Virus record (IMG/VR): IMGVR_UViG_3300026848_000010
Coordinates: 1-48,824 of that record
Source: a virus
Lineage: Duplodnaviria > Caudoviricetes
DNA: 48,824 bases
Reading direction: 5' to 3' (one strand)
In this document: piece after piece, positions 44,382-48,824 of the stretch
How the letters are laid out: each line of letters begins with the position of its first letter
How positions within the stretch are numbered: the stretch's first letter is position 1
Translations under genes and position numbers: made by a program
Notes under the pieces: model-generated
Told to the model about the DNA's origin: nothing
The model's database searches: none
Seen by the model: the letters and a program-made list of their open reading frames with translations, nothing else

Positions 44382-46268
44382 ATGAACCGTCGTCAATTTC
44401 TTTCCTTCTCAGCTTTAACCGCGCTTCCATTGCTTGCTTTAAAGCACAGGGCGCTTGCCGGAGTGAACGAGATGACGTCCTATTCAACATTGCCTGGCAT
44501 CCAGAAAAACGAATTGCGTGCGTGGGAGCATTCCCCGTTCGTGCTGGACGGCGATCTGTACCGTGCCGGTTTCCGACGTATGAAAGGTGAAACCGTCGGT
44601 CGTTCGATTACGATTGATAAATATCACCCGGATATCGACGCGTGGCAGCGCATCGCAAATATCCCGTTCACCCGATATCTTGGCTGCATCATTGTTGAAG
44701 CAGGGCAAGTTTTTGCCTTTGCCACCACCGATACCGCAAGCAGTCCGAACAAAATTATCAGGCGTGAAATTGACCCTGCCACTTGGACCTTCACAGGTTC
44801 TGAAATTGATGTTCGTCAATCTTCTGCTGGAACCAAGTTTTATAACACTTCGGTTTGCAAGGGGCCGGATGGGTTCATTATGGTCTGTGAAACAAACGAA
44901 GGAACCCCATTCAGTATTCGGTTCTTGCAGTCCACCGACTTGCTGAACTGGACACCTATTGGTGATCTTTGCAAATCGACGACCTATGCCGCCTGCCCGA
45001 CCGTGCGCTATGCTGAAAACGGCTATTATATAGTGCCGTACCTGTTTGATCTCAGTGGTGTTGGCAATGGGCCGTGGATCACGGCAATGTCAAGAACCAA
45101 AGATTTTGTCAATATTGAGCCTTTCCCCGGCAATGCCAAATACACCGCGTATCAGCAATTGCTGGCTCCTGACGGGGATAGGGATGGTGTCAATACCTCT
45201 GATTTCGATTTGGCCGAATGGGATGGGCCGAATGGCAAGGTTGTCTACTTCGAATACCTATTCGGGAATCAGTCAGGGCTGCACGCTTCGAACGGCGGTT
45301 GGTACGAGGGAACAATAATTGACCTGTATCGGGAGTTCTGGCCAAAGCCAAATATCGTTTTTGGAGACAGCAACGCTGTAGGTCACGGGGTAGCGGCTGC
45401 TCAGTCTTGGCCGTCTATCCTGTCAGAATCGACCGGTGCCGCGAAGACGGTTCACGCAGTAAACGGACATATGGCCGCTGATCAATCGTGGCTCCTTTAT
45501 GGCATATCACCAGACGAGGAAAAAAATTACATCGTTTCCGTCGGGACGAATGATGCGCAGCACTACGGGACAGGCCCCGCTAAACTGGATGCGTATGCTA
45601 ATTTCCTTCGCGCAATTGCTGTCTGGTGTGCTGCGCCATTGCGTTACACGGCTCGGTCCGGTAGCATGACATTCAGCGGTGCGTGGTCAAATACCGCCGT
45701 TAACTCTATCGGTAAGAAGACGACGGATAACGGGGCAACCGCAACCAAGACAGTGAACGGAACCGCTGTCTATATCGGTTATTTGCTGCAAAACCTTGCA
45801 TCCAGCGAAAGCGTTTTTGAAGTCAGCGTCGATGGTGTTCTTAAGGAGACTGTCACGCTAAATGGCGTCACTGTTGGGAGCACCCTTGTCGGCAGAAGTT
45901 ACGCCCCGGCGGCTATTCGCATCGGCGGTCTCTCTGACGGACCTCACGAAGTTGAAGTCAAGAGTGTAAGTGGGAATGCGCTATTTCTTGAGTGGATCGC
46001 TGGCTCCGATCAGATATCCAGGCCGCGCGTGACTGTTGCGGACGTTCCACGTCGTACTTCTGCCGGGTACGCGTCCGGAACAAACGACGACGCAAATGTT
46101 GCGGCTTATTCTGCTTCTGCTTTTGCCGTGGCGAATGAGCTAAGCGCAGATGGCCTTGAAGTTGCCACTGTTGACTTTTCTGCCGCAGTCAATCCATCTG
46201 TTCACCTGCAGGCTGACGGAACTCATCTTAACGCTGCCGGTCACGCAGCTGTCGCTGCTGCGTTCTAA
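44382..46268 (+). CDS. Tat-signal beta-propeller glycoside hydrolase plus SGNH esterase
   Basis: MNRRQFL..ALA signal; STDLLNW Asp-box; SGNH blocks GDSN, NG, GTND, DGTH. Confidence 0.8.
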   Translation: MNRRQFLSFSALTALPLLALKHRALAGVNEMTSYSTLPGIQKNELRAWEHSPFVLDGDLYRAGFRRMKGETVGRSITIDKYHPDIDAWQRIANIPFTRYLGCIIVEAGQVFAFATTDTASSPNKIIRREIDPATWTFTGSEIDVRQSSAGTKFYNTSVCKGPDGFIMVCETNEGTPFSIRFLQSTDLLNWTPIGDLCKSTTYAACPTVRYAENGYYIVPYLFDLSGVGNGPWITAMSRTKDFVNIEPFPGNAKYTAYQQLLAPDGDRDGVNTSDFDLAEWDGPNGKVVYFEYLFGNQSGLHASNGGWYEGTIIDLYREFWPKPNIVFGDSNAVGHGVAAAQSWPSILSESTGAAKTVHAVNGHMAADQSWLLYGISPDEEKNYIVSVGTNDAQHYGTGPAKLDAYANFLRAIAVWCAAPLRYTARSGSMTFSGAWSNTAVNSIGKKTTDNGATATKTVNGTAVYIGYLLQNLASSESVFEVSVDGVLKETVTLNGVTVGSTLVGRSYAPAAIRIGGLSDGPHEVEVKSVSGNALFLEWIAGSDQISRPRVTVADVPRRTSAGYASGTNDDANVAAYSASAFAVANELSADGLEVATVDFSAAVNPSVHLQADGTHLNAAGHAAVAAAF

Positions 46269-46389
46269 CAATCAGAAAACAATTAAAACATGAGTGCGGC
46301 ACTTGCCGTGCTTTTGTGCTGCCGCCCGCACCGCTCCTGCGGTGTGGTGTGTAATATGTTCCGAATATTGTTGAGAAGGAACAGAACTG

Positions 46390-46704
46390 ATGAAGAAACA
46401 TATTGGGATCGCAATGTTTGCGGTCCTTTTTTTATTGCCATCTGGCCCCATCTCCGCAGGCCAGTCCGTGGAACCGGTATGCGGGGATCGCGCAAAGGTG
46501 CTCACCAGCCTTGCAGCCAAATACAGCGAAAGCCCTGTTGCTGTCGGTGTTACTGCCAGCGGCGGCCTGATCGAGGTTCTAAGCAGCCCTGATGGCCGGA
46601 CATGGACGATCCTTTACAGCACGCCAGACGGTCGAAGCTGCCTCGTTGCCAGCGGGGAAAGTTGGCAAGAGATCAAACCACAGACCACCGGACCCAAAGC
46701 ATAG
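46390..46704 (+). CDS. Small secreted protein
   Basis: Sec signal; CGDR..L..KYSE..TWTIL..SCLVASGESW. Confidence 0.7.
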   Translation: MKKHIGIAMFAVLFLLPSGPISAGQSVEPVCGDRAKVLTSLAAKYSESPVAVGVTASGGLIEVLSSPDGRTWTILYSTPDGRSCLVASGESWQEIKPQTTGPKA

Positions 46705-46723
46705 CCGCAGCAGCGGCTTTTTT
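46702..46723 (+). terminator. Rho-independent terminator
   Basis: AGCCGC-AGCA-GCGGCT-TTTTT. Confidence 0.55.
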
Positions 46724-46745
46724 ATGCGCTCACGAGGGGGAGCAG

Positions 46746-47015
46746 ATGGCGGACAGCAACACACAGCCGCAAAAGTTTCACATCGAACGGAGCATCAGCT
46801 TCGGTCACATCCTGACAACCCTGACATTGATAGTTGGAGCCACGATCTTTTTTGTCCGGCAGGAAACACAGATCGAAGTCCTGAAAGCCACTGTTTCCGC
46901 CCTCGAAATCCGCATGGATCGCGAGACATCCCGCACCGACAACGCCCTTGCCGAGATCCGTGTCACGTTGCGACGGATCGAAGACAAGATTGATCGAAAG
47001 GCAGACCGACCATGA
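46746..47015 (+). CDS. Putative holin-like single-TM protein
   Basis: One TM plus coiled coil ending RIEDKID; precedes the lysin. Confidence 0.55.
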   Translation: MADSNTQPQKFHIERSISFGHILTTLTLIVGATIFFVRQETQIEVLKATVSALEIRMDRETSRTDNALAEIRVTLRRIEDKIDRKADRP

Positions 47016-47485
47016 TCAACCCGAAACAGCTTCGCCTCAACGTGATCCGCCCGACGCTGGAAGCTATCGGCCTGTGGTCGCAGTCCGCAGAGAACCTTCT
47101 AATGGGGACGGCGGCACAGGAAAGCCATCTAGGCACATACCTGGTTCAGATGGGCAATGGTCCCGCGCGCGGTATTTTTCAGATGGAACCGGCCACGCTT
47201 GAGGATATCTATGCCAATTATCTGGCCTATCGGAAGGATCTGCAGGGCAAGGTCGATGCGTTTCTGTCTCTCGCCATGACCAAGTCCGAAAACCTGACCT
47301 GTAACCTTGCCTATGCCGCTGCAATGTGCCGGGTCCATTACTTGCGCAAGCCCGGCGCGCTACCGCCCGCAAATGATCTGGCGGGAATGGCGACCTACTG
47401 GAAGCAGCATTACAACACCGTGCTTGGAAAAGGCAATGAAACCGAGTTCATCGAGAACTATAACCGTTATGTCGGGAGTGATTGA
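47012..47485 (+). CDS. Endolysin (lysozyme-like fold)
   Basis: GTAAQES, GPARGIFQMEPAT, YWKQHYNT. Confidence 0.8.
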   Translation: MINPKQLRLNVIRPTLEAIGLWSQSAENLLMGTAAQESHLGTYLVQMGNGPARGIFQMEPATLEDIYANYLAYRKDLQGKVDAFLSLAMTKSENLTCNLAYAAAMCRVHYLRKPGALPPANDLAGMATYWKQHYNTVLGKGNETEFIENYNRYVGSD

Positions 47486-47487
47486 TT

Positions 47488-48012
47488 ATGGACTTCGATT
47501 GGAAAAGCGTTGTCAAAACGGTCGCCCCGATGCTCGGTACGGCCCTTGGCGGCCCTTTGGGTGGGCTTGCCGCCCGCACCATCGCTGGCGCTGTTCTTGG
47601 CGATGAAAACGCTACAGAGGAACAGATCGCGGAAGCAATCGCATCTGCCAGCCCTGAGCAGTTGCTTGCCCTCAAAAAAGCCGATCAGGATTTCGCGCTA
47701 CGGATGAAAGAGCTTGATGTTGATATCAAGCGCATCGATCAGATGGACCGGTCAAGCGCACGCGAACGCGAAGTCAAAACAGGTGATAGCCTGACGCCAC
47801 GGCTCTTGGCCGCGTTTATCACGCTTGGCTTCTTTGGCATTCTCGGGTTCATGATGACACATGGACTGCCGGAAGGTGGACGTGATGCGATGCTCGTTAT
47901 GCTTGGAGCCCTTGGTACGGCCTTCACCGGCGTTATTGCCTATTATTTCGGGTCCAGCGCAGGCTCGAAAGAAAAGACGGCGCATATGGCAACGTCAAAC
48001 CACAAACCCTAA
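47488..48012 (+). CDS. Holin-family membrane protein
   Basis: APMLGTALGGP, DRSSARERE, TMs, YYFGSS. Confidence 0.75.
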   Translation: MDFDWKSVVKTVAPMLGTALGGPLGGLAARTIAGAVLGDENATEEQIAEAIASASPEQLLALKKADQDFALRMKELDVDIKRIDQMDRSSAREREVKTGDSLTPRLLAAFITLGFFGILGFMMTHGLPEGGRDAMLVMLGALGTAFTGVIAYYFGSSAGSKEKTAHMATSNHKP

Positions 48013-48410
48013 TCGCACCATCCTTGCCGACGTTCCCCGCCATATAGCCGCCCCAAGCCTGCCGATACAAGATCACCGGTCAGTGTTCTGTCGCCAGACC
48101 TGATATCAGCCAGTATCCTGCCATACCGATCCCAACCGATATCACAGGCCAGCCATTCGTTTCCCTGTAGCCATTGCGTCGTGAAATCCCGCGCATCGAT
48201 TGCGGCCCGTTTTTCGGCCTCACAGTGGCCTTTGATCTCCGGGGTGTCGACGCCGCGCACGCGGATTGAGACGCGGCTCAGATCGTCGGGAATGCCGGGT
48301 ATCGTTACGGCGAAGGTATCTCCGTCGTATGGTGATCCATCAAGCGGCCAGTTGTAGCAGTTGGCTGATGCTGGAAGGGCGAGCAGGCAAAGGGTTATGG
48401 CGAGTTTCAC
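48009..48410 (-). CDS. Secreted thermonuclease (SNase)
   Basis: Signal KLAITLCLLALPASA; YDGDT, RVRGVDTPE, DRYGRILA. Confidence 0.85.
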   Translation of the reverse strand: MKLAITLCLLALPASANCYNWPLDGSPYDGDTFAVTIPGIPDDLSRVSIRVRGVDTPEIKGHCEAEKRAAIDARDFTTQWLQGNEWLACDIGWDRYGRILADIRSGDRTLTGDLVSAGLGRLYGGERRQGWCD

Positions 48411-48420
48411 GCACAGAATC

Positions 48421-48675
48421 CTAAAGTAGTTGATAATCTCGCTTATCGTGCATTTGCAATGCCATGCGCCTTGCTTCTTTCGCCTCTGCGTTGGTTGCGC
48501 CACTAAACCTGATATAGTTCGACACTTCCTTCCATGCGAACAGTGCCGCACGGTTGTTCATATTTTCTGTTCTCACGTAGTATCGCAACATTACGCGCAC
48601 CATCCCGATGACACGTTTGCTCGGCGGGGACGGCTGGCACAAATAGAGACTTTTGTACTCCTCTATTTCCATCAT
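48421..48675 (-). CDS. Hypothetical protein
   Basis: AGGAAGG SD; same strand as SNase. Confidence 0.55.
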   Translation of the reverse strand: MMEIEEYKSLYLCQPSPPSKRVIGMVRVMLRYYVRTENMNNRAALFAWKEVSNYIRFSGATNAEAKEARRMALQMHDKRDYQLL

Positions 48676-48824
48676 TCACCTTCCTGTGCGCTGTATTTCA
48701 TAATAAGGGTTTCTGCGTTGTCGCATGCCCGGATTTCGGCTTTTGTCTCGCAACACATTACGTTGGAGCATTCCTTGAGTGCTGCCAAAAGCTCCTTGAT
48801 AATGACATCTCGGTAATCGGTCAT
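48672..48824 (-). CDS. Small hypothetical protein (50 aa, not in ORF track)
   Basis: MTDYRDVIIKELLAALKECS..QEGE; stop overlaps the next start. Confidence 0.5.
   Translation of the reverse strand: MTDYRDVIIKELLAALKECSNVMCCETKAEIRACDNAETLIMKYSAQEGE

Larger units (their letters stand above)
1..48824. mobile_element. Temperate podovirus-like prophage integrated at tRNA-Met; right att not in window
   Basis: tRNA 3' end at 1-44, tyrosine integrase, cI/cro switch, terminase, portal, capsid, tail and lysis genes in coherent order. Confidence 0.95.

Noticed and set aside
42893-46268. Diversity-generating retroelement, given the BPP-1-like virion module
   Set aside because: No reverse transcriptase ORF and no template/variable repeat pair seen; variation in the 27-bp array is not adenine-only.
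46390-48012. Rz/Rz1 spanin pair
   Set aside because: No lipobox-containing nested or adjacent ORF could be identified.
48821-48824. Terminal TCAT matching the first four bases of the window (possible attR)
   Set aside because: Only 4 bp, and it is explained by the ATG of the minus-strand ORF.

Overview
Almost the whole window is one temperate prophage. The host is probably an alphaproteobacterium (inferred from gene content). It starts at the 3' half of a tRNA-Met(CAT) gene that serves as the att core; no second att copy is visible. The early region is lambdoid: leftward integrase, excisionase, ERF/YqaJ recombination genes, an antirepressor under c4-type antisense control, then a cI/cro/cII-like switch with five 15-bp operators, replication genes and a Q-like regulator. 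The late region is a T7/BPP-1-like podovirus module (TerS, TerL, portal, scaffold, capsid, decoration, adaptor, nozzle, three ejection proteins, fibre, lysis). The most unusual part is a five-gene glycan cassette (Maf/GT29-like transferase, two SAM methyltransferases, a sulfotransferase, a GT-A glycosyltransferase) inserted right after the capsid genes, suggesting virion decoration with a methylated and sulfated glycan. Other notable elements: a 164-nt tRNA-like RNA with a 107-nt insert, a capsid leader with three identical CC/CUAC internal loops, a Tat-signal propeller/SGNH enzyme at the tailspike position, a possibly inactive CI-CTD look-alike convergent on cI, and a 27-bp-repeat gene bracketed by twin hairpins. 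All family calls come from reading motifs by eye; no database searches were run.
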